A stretch of 64,000 nt of DNA from an uncultured bacterium (GCA_943788175.1 CALSPG010000005.1:416001-480000), one strand, 5' to 3'. Positions 1 through 10,170 are shown, counted from the first letter of the stretch. Notes: generated by a model not told the origin, from the sequence alone. Numbers and translations: made by a program.

Positions 1-1
1 A

Positions 2-238
2 CCTATCATAAATAGTGATCAAGAGCGAGAAGGCCTAGTCGATATGGAGGCGTATGAAATCTGTTCAGTATTAAGTGATTTTAACCATTTAAATAAAGTA
101 ACAATTATAAAAATAGTATCAGATTTTATGGACTTAGATGCGAAATATTTAAGTTCTAAAAAGATTCAAAAATTAATAGAAAAAAATTTGTTTGATATTG
201 ATCATTTTTTAAATGATAATAGTAAATTATATAAATAA
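2..238 (+). CDS. C-terminal part of nucleoside phosphorylase-like (PNP/UDP/MTAN fold) protein, truncated by window start
   Basis: Frame open from base 2: ...EGLVDMEAYEIC...IIKIVSDFMD; the VDME and KxVSD motifs are typical of this fold. Confidence 0.55.
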   Translation, partial: PIINSDQEREGLVDMEAYEICSVLSDFNHLNKVTIIKIVSDFMDLDAKYLSSKKIQKLIEKNLFDIDHFLNDNSKLYK

Positions 239-244
239 ATATTC

Positions 245-352
245 ATGAAAGTCTTTCTTTATATATTATTTTTAGTTTTTACACTTGGGTCTCTTATTTT
301 GGCAATTTTATACAGGACGTATAACCCTGAAGAGGAAGATAAGCTTAATTGA
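245..352 (+). CDS. small single-TM membrane protein (35 aa), not in ORF track
   Basis: ATG..TGA reads MKVFLYILFLVFTLGSLILAILYRTYNPEEEDKLN and fills the gap between co-oriented genes (6 bp after, 9 bp before). Confidence 0.5.
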   Translation: MKVFLYILFLVFTLGSLILAILYRTYNPEEEDKLN

Positions 353-361
353 GTTTCTGAA

Positions 362-1108
362 TTGCTCACGATCTTTAAAAACAAAAGTATCTTTTTTATT
401 TCAAATCTTTTACTTGGTGCTTTTAATCTAGTAATGGCAATTGAAATTTCTGAAATTTCATATTGTGGCATTCCTTTTGAAATAAAAGAAAATAGCTCGT
501 CTAGTACACATTATATTGTAATACATGGAGATGAGCAAACTGCTAAGATTCTTATCAATGAGCATATTAAAAAAAACAAAGGTAAGGCGTTTATAATCAA
601 GTCAAAAGATAGAGAAGTAACTTTAGGCCCTACAATTGTAGACCCTAACAGGCTTTTTTCAAATACTGGTGCTAGAAAAGCTCTTAAAAATTTTAAAGCT
701 GATTGGGTTAAGAGTGAATTAGATGAATTATTAACTGAACTGAAAATATCAAGAAAAAACTTTTTGGACAGTATTTTTCCAAGTGAGGGTGGTTTGCTAA
801 TAGCCTTACATAATAATTTTAGAGGGTATAATGTTAATAGCGAGCTAAAAAAAAGTCAGTTGTTCTCTATTAAAAAGAATGAAAACCCTCGAGATTTTAT
901 AATATGTACGAGTGATGTTGATTATGAAAAACTTAAAAATGGTCCTTATAATATTGTTTTACAGAATGTAATGAATAATAACAATGATGGTTCATTATCT
1001 TGGGCGGCTATCCAAAAAGGAGTTAGATATATAAATATTGAAACGAGATTAGGATGGCTATCTATGCAAAGAAAAATGCTTAATTTTGTTGAAGAAAAAT
1101 TGAATTAA
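362..1108 (+). CDS. secreted putative zinc hydrolase (M14/succinylglutamate desuccinylase-like fold)
   Basis: Signal-like N-terminus; HGDE, DPNR, LHNN and late NIE motifs. Confidence 0.5.
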   Translation: MLTIFKNKSIFFISNLLLGAFNLVMAIEISEISYCGIPFEIKENSSSSTHYIVIHGDEQTAKILINEHIKKNKGKAFIIKSKDREVTLGPTIVDPNRLFSNTGARKALKNFKADWVKSELDELLTELKISRKNFLDSIFPSEGGLLIALHNNFRGYNVNSELKKSQLFSIKKNENPRDFIICTSDVDYEKLKNGPYNIVLQNVMNNNNDGSLSWAAIQKGVRYINIETRLGWLSMQRKMLNFVEEKLN

Positions 1109-1114
1109 CATAAT

Positions 1115-1366
1115 ATGGGAATTATAATTCAAAAAATCATTAGAATTATGCCAGTAATTTTATTGCTACTGCTAATCTTTGTGGATCGGGAAAATAAATT
1201 TTATGTAATCGGCTTTCTTTCTCTTCTTTTTATTTATACAACTATATTAATAGTAAGAATCTTGTACGCAAAAAAAATATGGCATAAAGAATTTAATGAT
1301 GAAAATTATGCCAAGGATGCTAGCATACTTAAAATGAAAGATTTAATAGAAAAGTTTGATAAATAA
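1115..1366 (+). CDS. hypothetical membrane protein (2 TM)
   Basis: 83 aa ORF with two hydrophobic segments, tightly spaced in operon. Confidence 0.6.
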   Translation: MGIIIQKIIRIMPVILLLLLIFVDRENKFYVIGFLSLLFIYTTILIVRILYAKKIWHKEFNDENYAKDASILKMKDLIEKFDK

Positions 1367-1736
1367 AAATTCAAATACGAAAGGTAGTTCAAATATGGGT
1401 AATATAGACTTTAAAAGCACTTGCATAGGTTTTTTAGGAGCTGCATTAATCTTTACACTTATGGGAGCAAAGCAAAAGAAAAACCTTGGTGATATTGTTG
1501 TAAACTCAATAACTGTGTTGGATGATGGATATGGAGGTTTTATAACGGCCTATAATCAAGATCAAAAAAGAACTTTGTATCTAGGCACTGGTGAAGAAAA
1601 TAATGGATATATGCAGACATTTAATAAGTTCCAACAGCCTACAGCTTATGTCGGAACGAATAAAGATATGGACGGCATTCTAGTGCTCAATGATAGATAT
1701 GGAGAACTGGGATGGTCAAGATCTGCAAAACAATAA
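1356..1736 (+). CDS. hypothetical exported/membrane-anchored protein
   Basis: Hydrophobic segment IGFLGAALIFTLMG followed by a beta-rich region; true start may be the downstream ATG (MGNID). Confidence 0.6.
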   Translation: MINKNSNTKGSSNMGNIDFKSTCIGFLGAALIFTLMGAKQKKNLGDIVVNSITVLDDGYGGFITAYNQDQKRTLYLGTGEENNGYMQTFNKFQQPTAYVGTNKDMDGILVLNDRYGELGWSRSAKQ

Positions 1737-1757
1737 ATATAAATAAGGAATAATTTT

Positions 1758-2948
1758 ATGAAAATTGCTTTTTTAACAGCTGGCGGTATCGCGCCGTGTT
1801 TATCATCAAGTATTGGTGCCCTTATTGAGCAATATGCTAAGTCCAAGCCTGATGCTGAAATGATTGGCTATTTAAATGGGTACCGAGGGCTGTTGCTTGG
1901 ACAATCAATTGAGTTTCCAGCTTCAATTAAGGATAGTTTTGCTACTCTTTACGAATACGGAGGGAGTCCAATAGGAAACAGCAGAGTAAAACTAACAAAT
2001 ATCCAAGATTGTATTGATAGAGATTATATTAAAGAAGGTGAGGAACCATTACAGGTCGCTGCTGAACAATTAAAAAAAGATAAAGTAGATATTTTACATA
2101 CTATTGGCGGGGACGATACGAATACAGTGGCTGCTCAGCTATCTAGTTATTTAAAAAATAATGATTATAATTTAACAGTTGTGGGTCTACCAAAAACAGT
2201 GGACAATGATGTATATCCAATAGTTCAAACCCTAGGTGCTTGGACTGCTGCTGAACAAGGTGCAGTATTTTTTGAAAATATTATAAACGAAAATACGACA
2301 AGCACTCGTCAGCTTATTATTCATGAAGTAATGGGAAGAAACTGTGGCTGGCTAACAGCCGAAACGGCTTTAGAATACAGAAAAAGATTACACAAAAAAA
2401 CATTTTTACCTGAACTGTTAATTACCAAACAAAAATGGGATGTAGATGCAATTTACATACCTGAAATTGACTTTAATTTTCAATCTGAAGTAGATCGCTT
2501 AAAGGATGTTATGAATCAAAAAGATGGTGTAAATATTTTTTTAAGTGAGGGCGCTGGTTTAGATGCGATTACAAGGGAGATGGAAGGCAATGGTGAAACT
2601 ATACCTCGAGATGCGTTTGGTCATGTAAAACTTGATGAAATAAATCCTGGGCAATGGTTTGCTAAGAAATTCTCAGAGGCTTTGGGTGCTGAAAAAACAT
2701 TAGTTCAAAAGAGTGGCTATTTCGCAAGGTCTGCCAAATCAAATGATAGAGACTTAAAGCTTATTAAGGACTCAGCAAAGTTAGCTACTGTATCTGCTTT
2801 AAATCAAGACAGTGGAGTGGTTGGCAAAGATATGAATAAAGATAGTGAGCTTGTATTGATTGATTTTAAGAGGATAAAAGGGGGGAAACCTTTCGATTTT
2901 TCTGGAAAAAATTTCAATGATATGCTATTTGAAATTGGTCAGGTATAA
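1758..2948 (+). CDS. pfp: pyrophosphate--fructose-6-phosphate 1-phosphotransferase (PPi-PFK)
   Basis: TAGGIAPC, IGGDDT (Asp diagnostic of PPi use), PKTVDND, EVMGR; RBS AAGGA upstream. Confidence 0.9.
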   Translation: MKIAFLTAGGIAPCLSSSIGALIEQYAKSKPDAEMIGYLNGYRGLLLGQSIEFPASIKDSFATLYEYGGSPIGNSRVKLTNIQDCIDRDYIKEGEEPLQVAAEQLKKDKVDILHTIGGDDTNTVAAQLSSYLKNNDYNLTVVGLPKTVDNDVYPIVQTLGAWTAAEQGAVFFENIINENTTSTRQLIIHEVMGRNCGWLTAETALEYRKRLHKKTFLPELLITKQKWDVDAIYIPEIDFNFQSEVDRLKDVMNQKDGVNIFLSEGAGLDAITREMEGNGETIPRDAFGHVKLDEINPGQWFAKKFSEALGAEKTLVQKSGYFARSAKSNDRDLKLIKDSAKLATVSALNQDSGVVGKDMNKDSELVLIDFKRIKGGKPFDFSGKNFNDMLFEIGQV

Positions 2949-2953
2949 AAACG

Positions 2954-4345
2954 TTAAATTTCTTTTTTGAACGCAGTATTTATTTTTAGAAAACTAAAAA
3001 TTATAATTGAGGTGAACATTCCAGGATAGAACGGTTCAATGTCTGGATAAAACTCAAAATTTAGTTTTGACATAAATAAGGCAATACTTGATATTGCAAT
3101 CGGTATACATATCCATAATATTGCTTGTATTTTTGTAGTTCGGATGTTAAAATTTTTTAAAGCATTTATAAAAGGTAGTATTAAGCCTGGAATTATTATT
3201 GACCCAATTGTATAAATCATTTTGACAACGGATGGAATAGCTAATGATAACAATATTGATAATAAGCTCACTGCAAATAGACCTCTCCTGATAAGAAACA
3301 CTGGATTTTTATTTGAATCTTTTTTTCGTATTCGCCAGAAAATATCTCTTCCAATTGTAATTGCATTAACAAAGCTCATAGAATCAATTGTCGACATAAT
3401 AATTGCAAAAATAGAGATAAGGAAAAGTCCTAAGAAACCAGGTGGTAAAACTTCGAATCCTAATAACGGATATGTCATAACGGGGTTTTCAGGAATAATA
3501 AAAATATATGCATACAGCCCAGCAGTTAATGTCATTAAATCAAATAAGAACCAAAAACATACTGAAATCAATAACCCCTTTTTTGCGATCTCTGGATTTT
3601 TAACAGCTGCACATCTTTGAAAAAAATTGGGGTCTATGATTGTCCATACTGCAATAAAAAACCATACTAGAACATATTGTATCGAATTTCCGCCTAAGGG
3701 GCCAATGTGGCTATCTGGCAAAGATTTAAATAGCATAAAAGGTGAGACCGAATTGTACCAAGAAAAACCAATTAATGCAAAAAACCCTAAAAACATTAAT
3801 ATTAGTTGTAAATAATCAGTTTTGATTATTGAGCTTAAGCCACCCCTCCAAACATATATCGTACTAAAAATTGTAGCAATTAAAAGGCACCAAACTAATT
3901 TTATTTGAAATATAAAATTAATTAATACCCCAAGGCTCAATATGTAAGGAGCTGGGCTTGAAAGAACAAATATAAAAATAGCACTAATGATGCCAACTTC
4001 ATCGCCATAGCTTTTTCTGAAAATATCAGGAATAGATAATATATTTTTATTCCATATAACTTTTGTCAGCCATATTGCATAAGCTATTGCAAACACATAA
4101 TAAGGTAGCGCAAAAATAAACCAAGTCTGAATACCGTATAGGTAGGTATTCTCACCAACGCCTAAAATTGCTCCATACCAAGTACTTACTAAAGTCATTA
4201 CAAACCCTGGCAAGCTTAATTTTCTACCAGAAAGAATATAGTCAATCTGAGAAACTTGGTCTTCTTTTTTACGAAAAAAACCTATAAAAAAGAGGACGAT
4301 AAAATATCCAAAAACAATAATTAGATCGTATTTATTTATAGTCAT
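2954..4345 (-). CDS. sodium:solute symporter (SSS) family, probable thiamine/thiamine-precursor transporter
   Basis: ~13 TM; SSS-type motifs (GRKL, GGL..II.TD.LQ, QRC.A, MSTIDS); 4-bp overlap with thiamine diphosphokinase. Confidence 0.8.
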   Translation of the reverse strand: MTINKYDLIIVFGYFIVLFFIGFFRKKEDQVSQIDYILSGRKLSLPGFVMTLVSTWYGAILGVGENTYLYGIQTWFIFALPYYVFAIAYAIWLTKVIWNKNILSIPDIFRKSYGDEVGIISAIFIFVLSSPAPYILSLGVLINFIFQIKLVWCLLIATIFSTIYVWRGGLSSIIKTDYLQLILMFLGFFALIGFSWYNSVSPFMLFKSLPDSHIGPLGGNSIQYVLVWFFIAVWTIIDPNFFQRCAAVKNPEIAKKGLLISVCFWFLFDLMTLTAGLYAYIFIIPENPVMTYPLLGFEVLPPGFLGLFLISIFAIIMSTIDSMSFVNAITIGRDIFWRIRKKDSNKNPVFLIRRGLFAVSLLSILLSLAIPSVVKMIYTIGSIIIPGLILPFINALKNFNIRTTKIQAILWICIPIAISSIALFMSKLNFEFYPDIEPFYPGMFTSIIIFSFLKINTAFKKEI

Positions 4346-4974
4346 TCAATATCTATATGATTTAAGAATACAAAAACTTTCCCTGTCGATTCAATCTCAA
4401 ATTGACTACTTATAGCTTTATTTGAAATCGCAATTGAAGATGGAAATAGCTTTTTATTTATTAAACTATATTTTAAGCCAATTATTTTTATGTTATCGAC
4501 AACTTCAGAAGCGATGATAGATATGTTTTGACCTGGTTGTGCTTTAATAACTTTTGAGCCACTCACGCAAATTATTTTTGAATAGTTCGTGACAACCTCG
4601 ATGTTTAAATCATTATAAAATTTTGATACTAAAAATAGATTACCTAAAAGGTGATCTTCTCTTTGACCACCTGCTCCGAGTAAAACAATTTCTTTAATTT
4701 GATTCTTAACACACCACTCAAAAGTTTTCTCTAAATCTGTTTTATTTTGATTCGGTGTTTCAATCCATAAATTTGTTCGCTCAGTTTTTTGAATTTTCGT
4801 TGAATCAAAATCACCTATTACAATATCGGGCTCTTTGCCAAGAACTTTAAGTTTATCAGTAGCTCCATCAATACAAATAATTTTCCAGTTTTGTTTAAGA
4901 GGTGATAAAGCCGATTTATGATAAGGGAATTCACCATTTGCTATCACTAAAGCAGTATTTTTGAATCCATTCAT
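4342..4974 (-). CDS. thiN: thiamine diphosphokinase
   Basis: DGA, GDFDS, Q.KTDLEK, G.GG.REDH.L.N, ISN motifs. Confidence 0.9.
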   Translation of the reverse strand: MNGFKNTALVIANGEFPYHKSALSPLKQNWKIICIDGATDKLKVLGKEPDIVIGDFDSTKIQKTERTNLWIETPNQNKTDLEKTFEWCVKNQIKEIVLLGAGGQREDHLLGNLFLVSKFYNDLNIEVVTNYSKIICVSGSKVIKAQPGQNISIIASEVVDNIKIIGLKYSLINKKLFPSSIAISNKAISSQFEIESTGKVFVFLNHIDIE

Positions 4975-5060
4975 TTGAGATATTACTAATAAAAAAAATA
5001 GATATTCTAGTTCTTAACATCTTAAATAATACTCTGTAAATTTTAATTCATTAAAAGATT

Positions 5061-7355
5061 ATGAATTTAAAAAGTATTATAAAACGTATCTTCTTATTAG
5101 ACGCATATTATCCAAGAACGATAATTGCCTCTATCATTCTTTTAACAATCTTTTTCATGTGGAAAATTCCTGAATTAAAAATTGATCCAGGTCTTAGATC
5201 ATTGGTCCCACCAAATCATAAAATTGTTAAAAATATGGAATTAGCAGAAGATTTATTCAGTAGTAACGAAATTGTAATCATAGCTGTTGAATCTGAAGAT
5301 TTATTATCCAGGACTACCCTTATGAAGTTTTCCTCTATGCATGATTCTCTAGCAAGCATTCCCTCGGTAAGTCGCGTTGGGTCTATATATAATCAAAAAT
5401 ATATTGTCCCTGATGATGGTGGTTTTGAAATACAAAAAATTCTTCAAAAAATACCAGAAGATTCAATTGAAACCTCAAATTTTATTGAAACCATTCAGGC
5501 AAGCGAAATCATTGGGAGCTTAATTTCCTCAGATCTTAATATTATGTGTTTTGTGGCTCAAATTTCGGCTCCAACAGATTTCGATGAGATTGCTTTCAGA
5601 AAAAACTTATTTCGAATAGTTAATCGATTTGAAGACCCAGAAAATATTTACATTGCTAGTTCTATAATCTCAGCTGCTGAGTCCATTGATAGTGTGAAGA
5701 GAGATATGAGGACCTTTACACCTATTGCTCTCGGTTTAATGATAGTACTCTTAATCTTAAGTTTTAGAAGTTGGACTGGAACATTCTTACCTTTATTTGT
5801 TGTTGCGTTTTCAATACTATGGACATTTGGATTAATGGCTTGGCTAGGAATATCTGTACCGATTATTGGTGGCTTGATTCCAATAATGCTTATCGCGATT
5901 GCAAATAATTATGGTATCCATATTATATCTCATTATTATGAATTTACAAAATTAGATCAAAATCTTGATAGAGTTGAAATATTAAAGAGGACTATGAAAA
6001 GACTTGGGATGCCGATTTTCTTAGCCGGTTTTACAACAGTAATTAGTTTTTTAAGTTTATTAACTCACGAACTCACAAAAGTGCGAGAAATTGGAGCATT
6101 AGTTTCTTTTGGCATAGCAGTCTCTTTCTTTTTAAGTCTTCTATTCATACCTGCAATTTTAATTTTAGTGCCAAGACCAACCTATCTCGGTAAAGAAAAA
6201 AGTCTAGAAGCAGTAAATAATTTTCTTGTTAATTGGGGAAAATTTTTTGTAAAAAATAATTCGACTTTTTTAATATTATTATTTTCAGGGATGTTCTTAT
6301 TTTCATTTGGCATCAGAGATATTACCATAGATACAGTACCAGATAATTATTTTCCTAAAGATTCAAAAATAAGGAGAGCTAGTGCCGTCATAAATGAGGT
6401 TTTTGGAGGTTCAACTCAATTAAACATTCTTATAGAAGGGGATATTTATGATCCTAATTCTTTAAACCACATCGATAAACTTATGAACCACATAAAAGAA
6501 AAAAATGATGTAGTTAGTTCTACTTACTCTATAGCAGATGTGATAAAAAAAATGCATTTTTCTTTTAACAACGGCAACATTGATTCTTTGAAAATTCCAT
6601 TCAGTCGTGACCTTATAGAACAGTACATGTTTTTATACTCGATAGCAGGGGAAGACAATGACTTTGATTTAATATTAAACGATACAGATGACCCTAATTA
6701 TTCGCAAGGATTTGTAAGAATTAAAAAAGTTAGTACTGCAGATTTAATGGCTTTAGTGGATGACACCGAAGATTATATTCATTCGAATTACTATGATGGT
6801 AACCCAATTAATCCTATGTTGTCTGGGCCAGCAGCATTGTTAGGAGCAGTTAGTCATTCTGTTATTAGAGGCCAAATTATTAGTCTTGCAATGGCCTCAT
6901 TGATATTATTTATGATAATGGCAATCGTTTTCAGATCTTTTGTCGGCGGTGTTTTAGCTAGTCTACCTATGATGCTTGCAGTAATACTTATATTTAGTTT
7001 ATTAGGAAATTTTGGTATTCCTTTAAACATGACAACCTCCTTATTAACCTGTATTCTTGTTGGAGTTGGAATAGACTATTCCGTTCATTTTCTTTGGCAT
7101 CTAAGAGAATACCTTAGAGAAGGATATGATCTAGACTCAGCAATCTCTAACACGATGAAAGTTTCAGGTAAGGGTATTCTATTTAATGGCGTTTCTGTAA
7201 TCGTAGGTTTTTCTGTACTAATGTTTTCAGTATTTATGCCTTTAAAAGAATTTAGTATTTTAATTATGGCTTCAATTGGTTTTTGTTTAGTTGGTGGAAT
7301 GGCGATTTTACCAGCCATCGTAAGTCTTATAAAACCTAGTTTTTTATATAAATAA
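5061..7355 (+). CDS. MMPL/RND-family lipid transporter (copy 1)
   Basis: 764 aa, two repeats of 1 TM + periplasmic loop + 5 TM; GVGIDYSVH in second half. Confidence 0.85.
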   Translation: MNLKSIIKRIFLLDAYYPRTIIASIILLTIFFMWKIPELKIDPGLRSLVPPNHKIVKNMELAEDLFSSNEIVIIAVESEDLLSRTTLMKFSSMHDSLASIPSVSRVGSIYNQKYIVPDDGGFEIQKILQKIPEDSIETSNFIETIQASEIIGSLISSDLNIMCFVAQISAPTDFDEIAFRKNLFRIVNRFEDPENIYIASSIISAAESIDSVKRDMRTFTPIALGLMIVLLILSFRSWTGTFLPLFVVAFSILWTFGLMAWLGISVPIIGGLIPIMLIAIANNYGIHIISHYYEFTKLDQNLDRVEILKRTMKRLGMPIFLAGFTTVISFLSLLTHELTKVREIGALVSFGIAVSFFLSLLFIPAILILVPRPTYLGKEKSLEAVNNFLVNWGKFFVKNNSTFLILLFSGMFLFSFGIRDITIDTVPDNYFPKDSKIRRASAVINEVFGGSTQLNILIEGDIYDPNSLNHIDKLMNHIKEKNDVVSSTYSIADVIKKMHFSFNNGNIDSLKIPFSRDLIEQYMFLYSIAGEDNDFDLILNDTDDPNYSQGFVRIKKVSTADLMALVDDTEDYIHSNYYDGNPINPMLSGPAALLGAVSHSVIRGQIISLAMASLILFMIMAIVFRSFVGGVLASLPMMLAVILIFSLLGNFGIPLNMTTSLLTCILVGVGIDYSVHFLWHLREYLREGYDLDSAISNTMKVSGKGILFNGVSVIVGFSVLMFSVFMPLKEFSILIMASIGFCLVGGMAILPAIVSLIKPSFLYK

Positions 7356-7678
7356 TGAAGAAAAACCAAGATAAATCAATTAGCCTTATTATACTTTTTT
7401 TATCAGGGCTAGCTATAATCTGGTGGTTCTATAATTATTATTTAATTCCAGATAATCAAGGTGTAGTTGAAGTTTACAACCTTAAAACCATTGTGTCATG
7501 GGGTTCTAAAAATTCAGATCTACTATTAATTATCTATATATTTTTATGCTTACAACTAGCAGGATTATCAGAGTTTAAACAGCGGCAAGACTATCTTACC
7601 GTGGCTTTAATTAGTCTAGTTTTCACCCCAATTGGTCTACTCTTTATAAAAGATGAAAAAGAAAAACCGGATGAATAA
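7355..7678 (+). CDS. hypothetical membrane protein (3 TM)
   Basis: Translationally coupled to MMPL stop (TAATG); hydrophobic segments. Confidence 0.65.
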   Translation: MKKNQDKSISLIILFLSGLAIIWWFYNYYLIPDNQGVVEVYNLKTIVSWGSKNSDLLLIIYIFLCLQLAGLSEFKQRQDYLTVALISLVFTPIGLLFIKDEKEKPDE

Positions 7679-8445
7679 AATCTTGTCTTTTTTGTTTTTT
7701 ATTAATGTCGTTTTTGCTGGCGATAGCAACCCTGAGGCATTGGAAATTATGGAAAGAGTAATAGCTCACCCAAACCCAAAGACATCAATATCAGAGGTTC
7801 ATCTAGAAATAATTAGAAAAAAGGGAAGCAAAACAAAGCAAAAAAATAGAGCTTTTATCAGTTATGAAAAATTGTATGATGACGGTGATTACAAGAAAAA
7901 ATCATTAGTTAAATTTTTAGAGCCTAAATCCGTTGAGGGCACCGGCTTATTAAGTTGGACAAAATTTAATGGTTTATCAGAGCAATGGTTTTTTCTTCCA
8001 ATATTGAAAACAGCAAAAAAAATTAAATCTAAAGAAAAATCAAAATCTTTTATGTCTACAGATTTCATTTACGAAGATTTGGAAAGCAGAGAGATTTCTG
8101 ATGATAGTTTTAAGATTTATGGAAAAGAAATAATTAATAATAAAGATTGTATCATTATTGATTCTTCTCCAATAAAAGAGAGTTCATATTGGGGGAAAAA
8201 AATATATGTTGATACTCAAATATGGAAAATTAGAAAAGTAGAATATTTTTCAGCGCAATCAAAATTAGAGAAAACGTTGCATTTTAAGGAAATAGTCAAA
8301 ATGGGTAAGTATTGGTTCCCGAAAATATTAGAGATGCGCAAAGAAAATGGTAATTATCACTATCATGAAAGTGGCCGCTTTTAAGCCAGATACAGGGTTA
8401 GATGATCAAGTTTTTACAGAATCTTTTTTGATAGAAAAAAATTAA
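7671..8445 (+). CDS. LolA-like outer-membrane lipoprotein-sorting protein (copy 1), with apparent +1 frameshift near 8355
   Basis: Signal peptide MNKILSFLFFINVVFA; F.EP..V.GT.LL, QWFFLP, FMSTDF.YED motifs; +1 frame continues TIMKVAAFKPDTGLDDQVFTESFLIEKN* to 8445, matching the tail of paralog 21353-22117. Confidence 0.75.
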
Positions 8446-8520
8446 TTAAATAATCATTTTTAACCAATTAGTTGAAGCCGGGTCTAATTAATAAAGTATT
8501 TTACAAGGAGTAATTAAATA

Positions 8521-10170
8521 ATGAATAAAAAATTTAAAAAAGATGCTTCTAAATATAAATCTTGGGTGTTGCGAGACAGACAAATTTGCGATTTAGAAAT
8601 GATTTTAAACGGAGGTTTTTCTCCTTTAAATGGCTTTCTAAATAAAGAGAATTATGAAAATGTATTGATTGACATGAGACTTTCAGATGGTAGTGTATGG
8701 CCAATGCCTATCACCCTGGATGTTAACTCAAAATTTTCTAAATCAATATCAATCGGGGAAAATATAACCTTGAAGGACAAGGAAGGATTTTCAATTGCAG
8801 TTCTAGAGGTTGAAAATAAATGGGAGCCAGACTTATATAAAGAAGCAGAATTAATTTTTGGCACTAAAGACGTATCTCACCCCGGAGTTGATTATCTACT
8901 TAATTATAGTAACAATATTTATATAGGCGGTAAAGTAGAATTAATAGACTTACCTCACCATTATGATTATAAAGATTTGCGTCTTAGTCCAAAAAATCTG
9001 AAACAAAAGTTCAAAGATTTAGGATGGGATAATATAGTCGCTTTCCAAACACGTAATCCGCTACACAAAGCACATGTTGAAATGACATTAAAAGCACTAG
9101 AAGATTTAGACGCTAATCTATTAATTCATCCGGTAGTTGGTATGACTAAGGCTGGAGATGTCGATCATTATACTCGAGTGAGGTGTTATCAGCATGTACT
9201 AAATAAGTATCCAAAAAATAAAGCAATATTAAGTTTAATACCGTTAGCAATGAGAATGGGTGGGCCAAGAGAAGCACTCTGGCATGCTCTTATTAGAAAA
9301 AACTATGGTTGTACTCATTTAATCGTTGGTAGAGATCATGCTGGGCCAGGCCTAAATAAAGAAGGTAATCCATTTTATGGGCCTTACGATGCTCAAGAAA
9401 TGCTTCAAAAATTTGAAGAAGAAATTGGAATTAAAATGGTGCCTTTTAAGTTTTTGGTTTACCTTCCAGATGAAAATATTTACAAGCCAATTGATGAAAT
9501 TCCAAGTGATACTAATTATAAAACAGTCTCTGGGACTCAATTAAGAGATTACCTTGATAAAGGGAAAGATATTCCAGAATGGTTCACCTACAAAGAGGTG
9601 GCTAATGAGCTTCAAAAATCTCAACCACCTATTTCTAAAAGAGGTTTTACAGTCTTTTTTACAGGATTGTCGGGTTCGGGGAAATCTACTTTAGCAAATG
9701 GTCTATTAATAAAACTGTTAGAGAATGGAAATAAACCTGTGACACTCCTAGACGGAGATATTGTTAGAACTCATTTATCGAGTGAATTAGGTTTTTCAAA
9801 AGAGCATCGATCTTTAAACGTCAAGCGTATTGGGTATGTAGCAAGTGAAATAACAAAAAATGGTGGCATCGCTATTTGTGCTCCTATAGCACCCTATGAA
9901 AAAGATAGATCTTATAACAGAAATCTTATTTCAAAATTAGGCGGATACATTGAGATACATGTTTCGACTTCGTTAGAAAAGTGCGAGGAGAGAGATGTTA
10001 AAGGTCTTTATAAATTAGCAAGAAAAGGGGTAGTGAAAGAATTTACAGGCGTTTCTGACCCATATGAAGCTCCCCAAAATGCTGAGCTTGTAATCGATTC
10101 TAGTGATGTTGATCCTGAAAAACTTGTCGAACAGATTTATGATTTTATTAAAAGTTTATCTTTCATTTAA
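8521..10170 (+). CDS. sat/cysC: bifunctional sulfate adenylyltransferase / adenylylsulfate kinase (PAPS synthase)
   Basis: AFQTRNPLHKAH, GRDHAG (ATP sulfurylase); C-terminal FTGLSGSGKST, LDGD, RDVKGLY, FTGVSDPYEAP (APS kinase); RBS AAGGAG. Confidence 0.95.
   Translation: MNKKFKKDASKYKSWVLRDRQICDLEMILNGGFSPLNGFLNKENYENVLIDMRLSDGSVWPMPITLDVNSKFSKSISIGENITLKDKEGFSIAVLEVENKWEPDLYKEAELIFGTKDVSHPGVDYLLNYSNNIYIGGKVELIDLPHHYDYKDLRLSPKNLKQKFKDLGWDNIVAFQTRNPLHKAHVEMTLKALEDLDANLLIHPVVGMTKAGDVDHYTRVRCYQHVLNKYPKNKAILSLIPLAMRMGGPREALWHALIRKNYGCTHLIVGRDHAGPGLNKEGNPFYGPYDAQEMLQKFEEEIGIKMVPFKFLVYLPDENIYKPIDEIPSDTNYKTVSGTQLRDYLDKGKDIPEWFTYKEVANELQKSQPPISKRGFTVFFTGLSGSGKSTLANGLLIKLLENGNKPVTLLDGDIVRTHLSSELGFSKEHRSLNVKRIGYVASEITKNGGIAICAPIAPYEKDRSYNRNLISKLGGYIEIHVSTSLEKCEERDVKGLYKLARKGVVKEFTGVSDPYEAPQNAELVIDSSDVDPEKLVEQIYDFIKSLSFI

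Noticed and set aside
3222-3815. Short antisense or alternate-frame ORFs here and throughout (e.g. 7085-7369, 23507-24289, 30212-30571, 35401-36078, 40009-40332, 61535-61831)
   Set aside because: Shadows of well-supported genes; no recognisable motifs
4975-5060. TPP riboswitch upstream of thiN
   Set aside because: Only 86 bp, extremely AT-rich, no CTGAGA or CCTGAT..AATGC..GCG.AGG motifs on the minus strand
8521-10170. sat as evidence of dissimilatory sulfate reduction or sulfur oxidation
   Set aside because: Fused to an intact APS kinase and flanked by sulfotransferases; no apr/dsr/qmo genes in the window
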